Assembly: GCA_019058315.1 (NCBI GenBank)
Contig: JAHPZH010000007.1
Coordinates: 128,001-192,000, forward strand
DNA: 64,000 nucleotides
Reading direction: 5' to 3'
Origin: Candidatus Helarchaeota archaeon
GTDB lineage: Archaea > Asgardarchaeota > Lokiarchaeia > Helarchaeales > RDOG01
Shown: positions 41,060 to 50,490 of the stretch, piece by piece
Layout of the letters: each line of letters opens with the position of its first letter
How positions within the stretch are numbered: position 1 is the first letter of the stretch
The notes under the pieces: model-generated
The model's database searches: none
What the model saw: only the letters and a program-made list of their open reading frames with translations
Told to the model about the DNA's origin: nothing
Program-made: the position numbers and the translations under genes

Positions 41060-42721
41060 TTATTTCTCAAGATTTTCTACTTTTCTTAACCATTCATCAA
41101 TTTTTTCAGTTTTGATTGTGACAAGATCTCTTAAAAGTAGTTCTTTTTCTTTTTCTGTTAGATTTTTAATAGCTTTCACTCTTGAATATATATCTGATGA
41201 TAATAATTTAAACGATTTTACCATGATATTTTCTTTATCAACAGAATAAGTGCTTTCATTGTTTCTATTTTCATCAGACTGTTTTAAAATATCTAATATT
41301 TCTTTTGCATTTAAAGTTGATTTGGATTTAGATCCATACATTGTTGTGGGTTCTTGAATTAAAGCCTTTTCTTTAGTTTTTATTATTTTTCTAATTTCTT
41401 TAGCACCTAAATATACTCCCTTAGTAGATTTTTTTTCTATTGACCTTTTAGATTCTGATTTATCCTTATATTTATACACGGCTATTGCTGTGAACGTAAT
41501 CGAGACAGCTGCAATACTACCGATGATTATAATTATAATTATTGTATAATCGTCACCTGGTATCACAATCCATGGAAAAGGACTATCAATTATATTTACG
41601 GTGAATTGATAAAAAGATGAGAATCTGGCATTTCCATCTGTGTCGTTGACGAATATTGAATATGTTATTGTTCTACCCGTGGCATTTGGAGGAATAATAC
41701 TCGTAAAATTCCAATAGCCATCTGTGGTATTCCCCGAAATAAGTGTCATGTCGAAATATTTGAATAAACCGTATAGGTCTGAATAAAGCCCGACATGAGA
41801 AACTCCAATATTATCTTTGATTCGAACTGTAATATATAATTGATCAAAAATCTGAAAATTTTGTTTATTTATCCAAATATCTAGTATTTTTGGTATTTCA
41901 CTTTCAGTTAGATTATAGACAAATTCTACTTGGTTAATGAGGAACTGTTTACATGTAGTAGTCATATAATCATCCCTAAAATAACCCTCATATGACCATA
42001 ATAAAATTCTAATATTATTTTCATACCCTTTATAATGTCCAAAATTCACATGATCACTTTGAATATTCTCTGCATATCCTATAATTTCAAAATCAGCATC
42101 AGAAGTACTAAAGGTCCTACTCGTTCTCATATAAGTAGTATCTATTGCAAATGTTAATGGTAGATTATAGGGATTGTTTAATACAGGATGACTACCTTGA
42201 GAAGATAACATCCTCTGAGCATCACTTCCACTCACCACTATACTTCCATAATTTGAATAAGACAATCCTAAAGCAAATACGAATAAACTTCCGCCCCTAC
42301 CTCTTGCTATTATAGGTTTTCCAATATCTGCTATTCCTTCTGCTTCAGTTGTAGTCCAAGCATGAGGGACGTAACCCTCTTGACAATCACCAATTAGTAA
42401 TACATCGTAAGGATCAGCTAATGACGGATCATTGAGTAACTCTTGATAATGTAATGTGCTAGTTTCATAACTTCCAAAATCTCTTAATATACGTAACCAA
42501 TTCACATCATGATCCATTGAAATATAGGAAGTATTAACAAATAAAATATCTAAATCACTAGCTTTTATCTCTAAGCGTTGATCTTCCTCATCAGTTTTGG
42601 CATACAAATTTGGGAATGAAAGGTTACTCGAATTATATATTGAATAACTGATTATAATTGCGCTGAAAATGAAAATAGCTACCACTATTAAATAAATTCC
42701 TTTATTATATTTATATCCCAT
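41060..42721 (-). CDS. Membrane-anchored surface glycoprotein with cytoplasmic tail
   Basis: N-terminal hydrophobic segment, many N-X-S/T sequons, Ig-like stretch, TM IIIIIIIGSIAAVSITF, charged C-terminal tail; AGGTGA SD before ATG at 42721. Confidence 0.75.
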   Translation of the reverse strand: MGYKYNKGIYLIVVAIFIFSAIIISYSIYNSSNLSFPNLYAKTDEEDQRLEIKASDLDILFVNTSYISMDHDVNWLRILRDFGSYETSTLHYQELLNDPSLADPYDVLLIGDCQEGYVPHAWTTTEAEGIADIGKPIIARGRGGSLFVFALGLSYSNYGSIVVSGSDAQRMLSSQGSHPVLNNPYNLPLTFAIDTTYMRTSRTFSTSDADFEIIGYAENIQSDHVNFGHYKGYENNIRILLWSYEGYFRDDYMTTTCKQFLINQVEFVYNLTESEIPKILDIWINKQNFQIFDQLYITVRIKDNIGVSHVGLYSDLYGLFKYFDMTLISGNTTDGYWNFTSIIPPNATGRTITYSIFVNDTDGNARFSSFYQFTVNIIDSPFPWIVIPGDDYTIIIIIIIGSIAAVSITFTAIAVYKYKDKSESKRSIEKKSTKGVYLGAKEIRKIIKTKEKALIQEPTTMYGSKSKSTLNAKEILDILKQSDENRNNESTYSVDKENIMVKSFKLLSSDIYSRVKAIKNLTEKEKELLLRDLVTIKTEKIDEWLRKVENLEK

Positions 42722-42872
42722 TAGATTCACCTATTAATTTAAAGAGATTGGAAATCATCTATCTATAATCCATTCACTATTCCCATATAATAAATGGATA
42801 TGGTCCAGTTTTATCCGAATTATCACAAAAAAAATGATTTGATATTAAAAAAGGCAAATTTTTTTTAAATTT

Positions 42873-43568
42873 TTAAATTACATCATGCGAACGAATTTTA
42901 TCTAATTCAATAAGATTTTTCGATAAATCTTCTCTTATTTTTGATAAATCTTCTTCTCTATCCGCTAAAGCGTTCTTTTTAGTAAGTAATTCGATATTAA
43001 TTTTACTTAAATCCTCTTGAGCGACTTTTAAATTCTTAGTCAACTTCTCGATATTCTTTTCTATTTTTTCTCTTTTTTCAGATGTTTTATCTAATTTTTG
43101 AAATGTATCTTTTTCCTTGGCAAGCTCAAATTCTTTCTTAGAAATCTCATCTCTTAAACTTGATATCTTTTTTTCTATTTTTCCAATTTCTTCTCTATCC
43201 CCAGTTATCGCAATCTCCATTTGGGCCACACTTTTACGAACTTTAGAAATTTCAAGCTCTAATTCCGAAATTTGTTCATTAAGAAGTGCTTCTTGCATAC
43301 TTTCGGTAATTTCGTCTTCTGTAAATTCTATAATTCCTGCATTTTTAATTTCGTTTTTTTCATTAACCTTATTCCGAATTTTTTCGGCTAATTTCTCTCT
43401 TATTTTGGCGGATTCTTCTTCCATCTTTGCCAATTTCTCTTGTTCTTTTGCAATTTTGAGTTGGACTTTAATTAGTTCAAGTCTAGATTCAGCGGCGATA
43501 AGTTCTTGCTTGGCCAAATCTTTGTTTCGTTGTGCTGCTTGCTTAAGTTTCTGAATTTCTTCATCCAT
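42873..43568 (-). CDS. Coiled-coil protein
   Basis: Continuous E/K/L heptad pattern over about 230 aa. Confidence 0.75.
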   Translation of the reverse strand: MDEEIQKLKQAAQRNKDLAKQELIAAESRLELIKVQLKIAKEQEKLAKMEEESAKIREKLAEKIRNKVNEKNEIKNAGIIEFTEDEITESMQEALLNEQISELELEISKVRKSVAQMEIAITGDREEIGKIEKKISSLRDEISKKEFELAKEKDTFQKLDKTSEKREKIEKNIEKLTKNLKVAQEDLSKINIELLTKKNALADREEDLSKIREDLSKNLIELDKIRSHDVI

Positions 43569-43659
43569 TTTGTTGGTTCTTCCTTATAATTTTTTTTGAC
43601 TCTTTGTATTTTTATAATCAAAGATTATTAATTTTTCTAAATAGTTTTTAAATTGGTTA

Positions 43660-44052
43660 TTAGATATTGGAATTATATAAAGTTACTTTGCTTGCCATTA
43701 TTTCTATAAAATCTCCAACTTTTATCAAATCTGTTTTTTTCACATCCAGCATTATTGAACTTGCAGGTGATAAGGATATTACTATTACCCCATCATCATA
43801 AATTTGATCAATTTTACCATGTATTATTAAATTATTGCGTTGGTAATCAATTAAAGGTTTATTTTCTGTAATTTTATTAATATTTTCTCCCCATAGTAAT
43901 TTATCATTTATATTAAATTCAACAAAATATTTAGATCCTACATTTGGTGTTTCTCCATCCCACTTGGCTGCCCCAGAGCCAAATTTGGTTTCAAACCATA
44001 TCAAGATCCTATCTTTACTTCTTTCAATAATACGCTTAACTATTATTTTCAT
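43660..44052 (-). CDS. Hypothetical beta-rich protein
   Basis: 130 aa ORF with ATG start; no motif confidently recognised. Confidence 0.6.
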   Translation of the reverse strand: MKIIVKRIIERSKDRILIWFETKFGSGAAKWDGETPNVGSKYFVEFNINDKLLWGENINKITENKPLIDYQRNNLIIHGKIDQIYDDGVIVISLSPASSIMLDVKKTDLIKVGDFIEIMASKVTLYNSNI

Positions 44053-44080
44053 ATATTTTTCACTATTTTTTCGATTTTAA

Positions 44081-44413
44081 CTAATATAACTCCCTTCTCT
44101 TTTTTTCAAATTTTTTAATAGTATCTACCTTCCGAATAATGTTTGGTCTCCATTGGGTTGCTTTTACAATTGTTCTTAGCATAACACCATTTTTACCAAT
44201 AAGTAGACCTGGTTTTCTGGCTTCAATTATTACTTCACCAAGAGCTTCATCAAACTCAATGCTTGTAATTCCTGCATTTGGTGGGCTTAATTCAATAATC
44301 TTTTTTTCAGCTTGTTCAGGCGGTAATCTATGCTTGAAATCTGAGTATTTATCTATTCTTTTTCTAATTTTTTTAGACATTTCTTTAATTTGTTTTTTAA
44401 AATCCTCTTCCAA
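44081..44413 (-). CDS. Stand-alone KH-domain fragment resembling the N-terminus of aCPSF1/FttA
   Basis: IKEMSKKIRKRI...RLPPEQAEKKI...AGITSIEFD...GEVIIEARKPGLLIGKNG...W.P.IIR; no metallo-beta-lactamase domain. Confidence 0.8.
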   Translation of the reverse strand: MEEDFKKQIKEMSKKIRKRIDKYSDFKHRLPPEQAEKKIIELSPPNAGITSIEFDEALGEVIIEARKPGLLIGKNGVMLRTIVKATQWRPNIIRKVDTIKKFEKKRRELY

Positions 44414-44538
44414 TTTTATTTTCCTCGTTATTGTATTTTCATATAAGAATTAGTTAAAATGATAATTAATATCTTCCAAATTAGTAATTCTCTATATTTT
44501 TCTTTATAAAAATATTAATACAAAATAAATTATTACAT

Positions 44539-45072
44539 TTAGACATTTGCTGCATTTAATAAAGAATGGTATAAGAGCTTTGAAATAGAATTCAAATAAA
44601 TTTCAAATTCATCTTTAAATATTTTAAATAAATTTCTATAAGGATGTTCTAATATTTCTGGATTACTTTTAACCCAATTGCATTTTGGATCAAGTACAAA
44701 GTAATATTCTTTTTTTGAAATTTGCTTAAAATTTCTTATTGGAAATATTTTACACATCACAGGTTTATTCTCATGAATAGAACAACCTGAATTCTCACTA
44801 TAAAAAGGGCAAGGGAGGTTTAAAAAGTAATGAAATGTAAATTCTTCTTTGTTTAAAGGATTTACTATTTTTTCTTTGGTAATTTTTAATTTTAAATTAC
44901 GTTTTCTTGCCTCTAACTCTAAAAAGTTCTTCTCATCATTAGTTATTTGTAATTTCTTAAAAAGAGAAACACAACATCTATTTTTACATTGCTTGCATGA
45001 ATATGAATTTGAATTATTATTAATCGAATGTAAATTAATTTCAGTGAAATAAGTCTTGAAATTATTTAAAAT
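44539..45072 (-). CDS. YkgJ-family cysteine-cluster protein; start extended to ATT at 45072 (or a nearby non-NTG codon)
   Basis: Hand translation upstream of the track ORF gives YSCKQCKNRCC...LPCPFY...GCSIHENKPVMCKIFP in one open frame. Confidence 0.8.
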   Translation of the reverse strand: MLNNFKTYFTEINLHSINNNSNSYSCKQCKNRCCVSLFKKLQITNDEKNFLELEARKRNLKLKITKEKIVNPLNKEEFTFHYFLNLPCPFYSENSGCSIHENKPVMCKIFPIRNFKQISKKEYYFVLDPKCNWVKSNPEILEHPYRNLFKIFKDEFEIYLNSISKLLYHSLLNAANV

Positions 45073-45168
45073 TGGTCAGCTCCAACCGATGAAATTTTTT
45101 ATAACTATTATTTGATTATTATAATAAAATTGTTTAAAATTTGTGAATTAAAAATTTAAGTGAAATGA

Positions 45169-45507
45169 TTGCATTTATTTGTATACGGGACTTTAACAGA
45201 CGAGGTATTTCTCCACCGCGTAACTAAAAGACCATTCGGACACTTTCAAATTATTGAAGCCAAACTACCCGAATATAAAAGAGATTCATCAATAAAAATA
45301 TCAAAGTGTGACCATGATTCAGCAGTTAATGGCCGATTAATTTTAAATCTAGATAAAAATGATCTAGATCTTCTGGATTATTACGAAAGTTGTAATACTA
45401 ATAATGCTGAGTCAGATCAAAATAATTGGTATAACCGGAAAATAGTCTCTGTAATTACAAGTGATAATAAAACGTTTAATGCATACGTATACATTCCCAA
45501 TTTTTAG
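45169..45507 (+). CDS. Gamma-glutamylcyclotransferase (AIG2-like) protein
   Basis: LFVYGTL, V.G.L, LDYYE, Y.R..V.V, AYVY. Confidence 0.88.
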   Translation: MHLFVYGTLTDEVFLHRVTKRPFGHFQIIEAKLPEYKRDSSIKISKCDHDSAVNGRLILNLDKNDLDLLDYYESCNTNNAESDQNNWYNRKIVSVITSDNKTFNAYVYIPNF

Positions 45508-45534
45508 AGTTTATAACATTTTGGTGATTAATTA

Positions 45535-46860
45535 ATGTCCATCTTCAAAAAAAAACCACTTGGCAAATGTCCTCGCTGCGGAAATGTAACACATGCAAGA
45601 TGGATTAAATTAGGTAGAGAAATTAAATGTGAAAATTGCGATTTTAAATTAAGGGTTATTGTAAAAAGAAAACAAAATTTAGAGGATAAAAAGAAGCCTT
45701 TGGGGATTGTTGATACAATAGAAGAAGCTTATGGAATTTCTATGGGTATTGAAATTGAAACTTATACCATTAGAATTTCAGCTGGAAAATATTCGATTGG
45801 ATATGACGATGTAGTATACCCTAAAGAGCAAGTTTTTGAAGATGGAGAAATATTTACCCAAGATCTTACCATTGGTTCTGAATTTAATAGTCCAGTTTTT
45901 TATCAACTTTATAATGCGTATTTTCGCTTGAAAGCCAGTCTAAGAAAATATAATGTATTCCAAGATAAAACTGAAGAAAATGTGGAAAAACGAATCTGTT
46001 TTATGGGAACATGGTTGGATGCGCCGGCGGCAACACACTTTCATATTGGATTTGGTAAAGATGGAATAGGCGAACAAGATGCGGAGTATATTGCGCAGCA
46101 TGTTCATAGTCATTTACCTTTTTTGATAGCATTATCCGCAAATTCACCAATTTTAAATAATGAAATTACTCCAATTGCCTCGAATAGGTTAAAAGAATTT
46201 CCATATTGTAATCCCATTGCTATAAAAGATTTCTTTAAAGAATACGAGAAATTAAGTGATTATCATTTTACAGAAATGAATTATAATACCTTTCCTGGAA
46301 GTGGGGAGGATACTAAACCTCCTACCCTTGAAATTAGAGTAGCTGACTCAAATATTCCCGAATATTGTATTGCTTGTCTTGCAATTATTCAAGCTATCGT
46401 ATTAAAAGCTATTAGAAAGAAAAAAGGTAAACCCGTTAAACCCCCTAACATATGTGATTATGACAATTACATTGAAGCACGAAATAATGCAATTAATGAT
46501 GGATCAAATGCAATATTATGTTGGAACAACAAACCAGCGAAAGTTCCAAAATATATTGATAAATTCTTTTATTTCTATAAAAAAGAATTAGAAGAAATCG
46601 AAATTCCACCTAAAATTTTAGATGTTTTTAAATATTTAAAATCTGGAGTTAATATGGCTGATATGATTCGGGAATCATGTTCTAAAATGAAGGAAAAAAA
46701 TCCAGCTAATTGGGAGAATGAGTTTGCTAAACAATATGTTTCAGCATTAGAACAAAATTTAGAAGGAAATGATCTCGAAAACTTCGCAGGGTATTTAGGT
46801 ATTAAACTTCCAAACATTTCCAAAACGATTTTAGGAGAAACATCATTTTATTCTCCTTAA
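45535..46860 (+). CDS. Glutamate-cysteine ligase (GCS2)-like carboxylate-amine ligase with N-terminal Zn ribbon
   Basis: CPRC...CENC; GIEIE, EFNSP, HFHIG, ALSANSP, TLEIR..D. Confidence 0.85.
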   Translation: MSIFKKKPLGKCPRCGNVTHARWIKLGREIKCENCDFKLRVIVKRKQNLEDKKKPLGIVDTIEEAYGISMGIEIETYTIRISAGKYSIGYDDVVYPKEQVFEDGEIFTQDLTIGSEFNSPVFYQLYNAYFRLKASLRKYNVFQDKTEENVEKRICFMGTWLDAPAATHFHIGFGKDGIGEQDAEYIAQHVHSHLPFLIALSANSPILNNEITPIASNRLKEFPYCNPIAIKDFFKEYEKLSDYHFTEMNYNTFPGSGEDTKPPTLEIRVADSNIPEYCIACLAIIQAIVLKAIRKKKGKPVKPPNICDYDNYIEARNNAINDGSNAILCWNNKPAKVPKYIDKFFYFYKKELEEIEIPPKILDVFKYLKSGVNMADMIRESCSKMKEKNPANWENEFAKQYVSALEQNLEGNDLENFAGYLGIKLPNISKTILGETSFYSP

Positions 46861-46901
46861 ATCATAACATTTTTTCCTCTAATTCTTGTTTTTCGTGTGA
46901 A

Positions 46902-47525
46902 TTATTCTTTTATGAATAAAAACGCCAGAATAAAAATCCATGACTGATAGGCATATATTGAAATCCGTTCAAATAATCCCAATAATTCAATATTATTCAT
47001 CATCAATACCGAAGTTAAGCCACCAAAACTAGCCATAATAATCAGTGTAATTATTGAATATAATCTAAATGATTTCCACTGTTTCTCACTGTAAAGACCT
47101 ATCCCAATCATTGGTATAGCTAGTACTATTAATATAATGTTTAATCCTGTGAGAATTATATGCATTGTTCCAGGGAAAGTTCCGGGCATAGGAATAGCAG
47201 TAAAAGGATCCATTGGAAAAATACTCCCCGATAATGCTGAAAATATTCCCAGAATCATAATGAATATGCCACCTAAGAATATTAATTTACTCTGCTCAAA
47301 TTTATAATATGTAATTACTCCAATTCCAAAAATAACTAACATAATTGCAGAGATAACGAAAAGCGAACTTAATAAGTAAGTATTTTTAGAACCAGCTTGA
47401 GTTAATTCACTCACCGCATTTATAATTGGACTATAGCCTTGTGTAATGATACTACCGATAATATCATTTAATAAAAATACGATGGGACCTAAAATACCAC
47501 CATAAAAGAGAAGTTTTTTATCCAT
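46902..47525 (-). CDS. DUF998-like membrane protein
   Basis: GYSPI...VSEL, IFPMD, H, GLFERI; about 6 TM segments. Confidence 0.8.
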   Translation of the reverse strand: MDKKLLFYGGILGPIVFLLNDIIGSIITQGYSPIINAVSELTQAGSKNTYLLSSLFVISAIMLVIFGIGVITYYKFEQSKLIFLGGIFIMILGIFSALSGSIFPMDPFTAIPMPGTFPGTMHIILTGLNIILIVLAIPMIGIGLYSEKQWKSFRLYSIITLIIMASFGGLTSVLMMNNIELLGLFERISIYAYQSWIFILAFLFIKE

Positions 47526-47670
47526 GTCTTTATCATCACCGAATTATTATTGCAAATAATCTCGTTGCTTTATAAAATCAATGTTTTTATATCTTATTAA
47601 AAATATAATTAGATAATTTTATTTATATTTATTGATAATTATTGATAGTACTATTTTTGGTGGAGATATT

Positions 47671-49950
47671 TTGAAAAAAAGTAGCGATCAGACTAAAGAA
47701 ACGATATTAACCATGCTTTCAAACCCACTACGCTCACAAGTTCTGAAATTTCTAAGTCAACAAAGCCCATTATCATTTACGGATATAATGGAAAAATTAA
47801 AAATGGATCCCTCCACAGATGCTGGTAAATTTGGATACCATCTTAGAGCTTTGAAAGATACCCAACTAATCAGTGGTGGATCCGAATCGGGTTATAGGTT
47901 AACCAAAATTGGAGAAAAAGTAGTTGAGTTTTTATGGACTTTAGGTGATTTGATAAAATCAGAAGCTCTTGGAGAAATCCAGGTTAGAACATCAAGATAT
48001 TCAGTTGAAAAATTTGACAGAAATAAGATAGCCCTAGCTCTACAAAAAGAAGCAAATATTCCTAGAGATCTTGCTGAAGATATTTCAAAAGAAGCTGAAG
48101 AACGATTGATTAATTCAAAAATTAAATATTTTACCGCACCCTTGATACGTGAATTTGTTAATTTTATCCTTTTAGAAAGAGGTTTAGAAAATTATCGACA
48201 TGCTCTTACAAGATTGGGTCTTCCACCATATGATGTTAAAGAATTAATAAAATCACAAAAGAGCATTTCAAATCCAACATTTATAAAAAGAATAGCAGGT
48301 GATGCTATTCTGGAACAATATTTATTATTAAATGTTCTGGACCATAAAATAGCCGATGCTCATTTAAGTGGTGATATTTTCATTCCAAATGCTAATTATT
48401 TCATCTTAAGACCAAATTCTGTACAACATGATGCACGAATTTTTTTCAGTGAAGGTCTTCCAAGTATGGGCTCTCTAATTGCAATAAGCCCTCCAAAGAG
48501 CTTTAGAACCGCTTTAGGCATTATAGCAAAAATTTTTAACATTTCAAATAGCGCAAGCGACCAATCCTTTGATCATTTTAATGTATTTTTAGCCCCTTTT
48601 ATAAAAAATTTATCACAAGACGATATAAAGAAAAATATTCGAATTTTTTTGGAAGATATCGGCTATCAATTCGATTCCTCAGGAATAAATATTAATTTAG
48701 AGTTTTTAATACCTTCATATCTTCAAGATAGTCCAGCAGTTGGTCCCGATGGTAAGGTTAATGGTATTTATGGGGATTATTTGGAGGAAACACAATTATT
48801 ATTATCGTTACTATTAGATGTGCTAATAGAAGGAGATATCAAAGGGCGTCCCTTTCTTTTACCAAATCAAATTCTTAAAATTCGTCCTGAGGTATTAGCT
48901 CGTGATGAATATAAACCATTATTAATGAAAGTCCATGAGTTAATTCTAAAATTTGGAACACCTTTTTTAGTGAATGCAACGAAAGATTGGCAAACTAAAA
49001 ACGTTAATTTAACAGGAGGTCTAGATCGACTCGCGGCTACATGGAAAGAAGTAGAAGTAGATACTTTACGGACTGGAAATTTAGATTGGGTCATTATTAA
49101 TCTCCCTAGAATTGCTTATGAATCGGAAAATGACGATGATAAATTTTTTGATTTATTAGATACTAGATTAGATTTATCTTATAATGCTTTAAAGCAAAAA
49201 AAAGAAATAATTGATATAAGAATGAATGAAGATAGACTACTACCTTTCTTATCTGCTTCGGTAAAGGGAGAGCCTTATTTTCGAATTGAAAATGCCTCTT
49301 TTTCTATTAGCTATCTAGGTTTACCCCAAGCAGTTAAAATACATACGAATTCAAAAGTATCTGATCATACAGGTTTTAATTTCGCAAAACGAATATTGGT
49401 ATATTTAAATAAATTTTCAAAGGAATCTAGTGAGAAATCAGGTCTTAGGTTTACAATAAAGCAATCAATTTCAAATGGATGGGCCTTCAAACTGGCGGAA
49501 TTGGATAGAGAGTATAATATCTGGAGAAAACGAAAAATAGATGCTAAGCATCAATTCGACTTTTATACTGCAGAAAATTTATTCTCCTCAACCTCTATTC
49601 CGATGAAAAAAAGAATTCAATTAGAAGGAGAATTTCAACAGTATCTTAAAGGCGGTCATATGTCTTTAATCTCAATTGATAGTCCATCATTTGATAGTAA
49701 AAATCTATTGGAGATTACTCGTGATATTTGTAATTCTTCTATAGGAATATTTGGATACGTTCATAACCTTACTTATTGCTCTTCATGTGGTATTAGTTTA
49801 AACGGAATTCATGAAAAATGCCTTAAATGCAGCTCTGCAGGGACTAATATTAACCATTATAGCCGTCAAGTTGGACCATATAAAATTATTTCTCCACAGA
49901 ATAATATTATTATGAATAATATTAAAAATCGGCAAATTTATTCGGCATAA
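47671..49950 (+). CDS. wHTH + ATP-cone + class III ribonucleotide reductase (NrdD)-like protein, catalytic residues lost
   Basis: LSNPLR..L..L...LSFTDIM...GKFGYHL (wHTH); VRTS...EKFDR.KI...TAPLIRE (ATP cone); AHLSGD, GNL..V.INLPR, GGH, CSSC..CLKC; GGAGAT SD before TTG at 47671. Confidence 0.85.
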   Translation: MKKSSDQTKETILTMLSNPLRSQVLKFLSQQSPLSFTDIMEKLKMDPSTDAGKFGYHLRALKDTQLISGGSESGYRLTKIGEKVVEFLWTLGDLIKSEALGEIQVRTSRYSVEKFDRNKIALALQKEANIPRDLAEDISKEAEERLINSKIKYFTAPLIREFVNFILLERGLENYRHALTRLGLPPYDVKELIKSQKSISNPTFIKRIAGDAILEQYLLLNVLDHKIADAHLSGDIFIPNANYFILRPNSVQHDARIFFSEGLPSMGSLIAISPPKSFRTALGIIAKIFNISNSASDQSFDHFNVFLAPFIKNLSQDDIKKNIRIFLEDIGYQFDSSGININLEFLIPSYLQDSPAVGPDGKVNGIYGDYLEETQLLLSLLLDVLIEGDIKGRPFLLPNQILKIRPEVLARDEYKPLLMKVHELILKFGTPFLVNATKDWQTKNVNLTGGLDRLAATWKEVEVDTLRTGNLDWVIINLPRIAYESENDDDKFFDLLDTRLDLSYNALKQKKEIIDIRMNEDRLLPFLSASVKGEPYFRIENASFSISYLGLPQAVKIHTNSKVSDHTGFNFAKRILVYLNKFSKESSEKSGLRFTIKQSISNGWAFKLAELDREYNIWRKRKIDAKHQFDFYTAENLFSSTSIPMKKRIQLEGEFQQYLKGGHMSLISIDSPSFDSKNLLEITRDICNSSIGIFGYVHNLTYCSSCGISLNGIHEKCLKCSSAGTNINHYSRQVGPYKIISPQNNIIMNNIKNRQIYSA

Positions 49951-49978
49951 ATGGTTAAAAAAGGTTCAAGGTTAGGAT

Positions 49979-50320
49979 TTAAGTTAAATCTAATTTAATA
50001 AATTCATATTCTCTGATAAATTTACGTTGTGTAATATAGCTATATGCCTCGATGACCATTTTATTTTCATAAATTCTTCCATCATATTCAACTATACCAC
50101 TAATACTAGTCGTTGTAAATTTTATCCGAATACTACTTAAAATGAAATTACCTTTACCTACTGATTTAACAGAATCTTTAACAAACCATTTTTTCATTGA
50201 TTGAGGAGATGTTTTCGAATAAGCGGTAATTACCGTCCCATCTTCAAAAAATCTAATATAATGACTATAATCCTCCAATTTACTCCTATAAATTCCATCG
50301 AATCTTAACAAATTGCCCAA
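49979..50320 (-). CDS. Hypothetical protein
   Basis: 113 aa ORF, LRFDGIY...YIRFFEDGTV. Confidence 0.6.
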   Translation of the reverse strand: MGNLLRFDGIYRSKLEDYSHYIRFFEDGTVITAYSKTSPQSMKKWFVKDSVKSVGKGNFILSSIRIKFTTTSISGIVEYDGRIYENKMVIEAYSYITQRKFIREYEFIKLDLT

Positions 50321-50490
50321 CTCTAATTTTAGATTGAACTAAATAAGAGTCAAAATCAATAAAATATTGCATTTCCAAATTTTAAAAAATTTATATTTTA
50401 ATTATTACTTAACGTAAAATAGTAAATGAAGAAATTTGGGGAGTTAAAATGGAAAAATGGTTACTTCAGTTATTTAAAAGGATGATTTAA

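Noticed and set aside
43117-43554. 145 aa Ser/Ile/Phe-rich plus-strand ORF and similar short antisense or overlapping ORFs in the track
   Set aside because: Composition is what reverse-complementing or frame-shifting a real gene gives; no motifs recognised.
43660-44052. Possible toxin-immunity protein
   Set aside because: Only a vague resemblance; no adjacent toxin gene and no verifiable motif.
44849-45052. 67 aa plus-strand ORF
   Set aside because: Antisense to the extended YkgJ-family gene.
38093-45083. In-frame TGA just upstream of the Pta-like and YkgJ genes as possible selenocysteine or readthrough
   Set aside because: The TGA is part of the GGAG.TGA SD-like element, lies before the conserved region, and the third case (57794) uses TAA.
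50449-50490. 13-codon ORF in frame upstream of cdhC as a possible interrupted N-terminus
   Set aside because: Does not resemble the CdhC N-terminus, and the TTG at 50491 has its own AGGATGA SD-like site.
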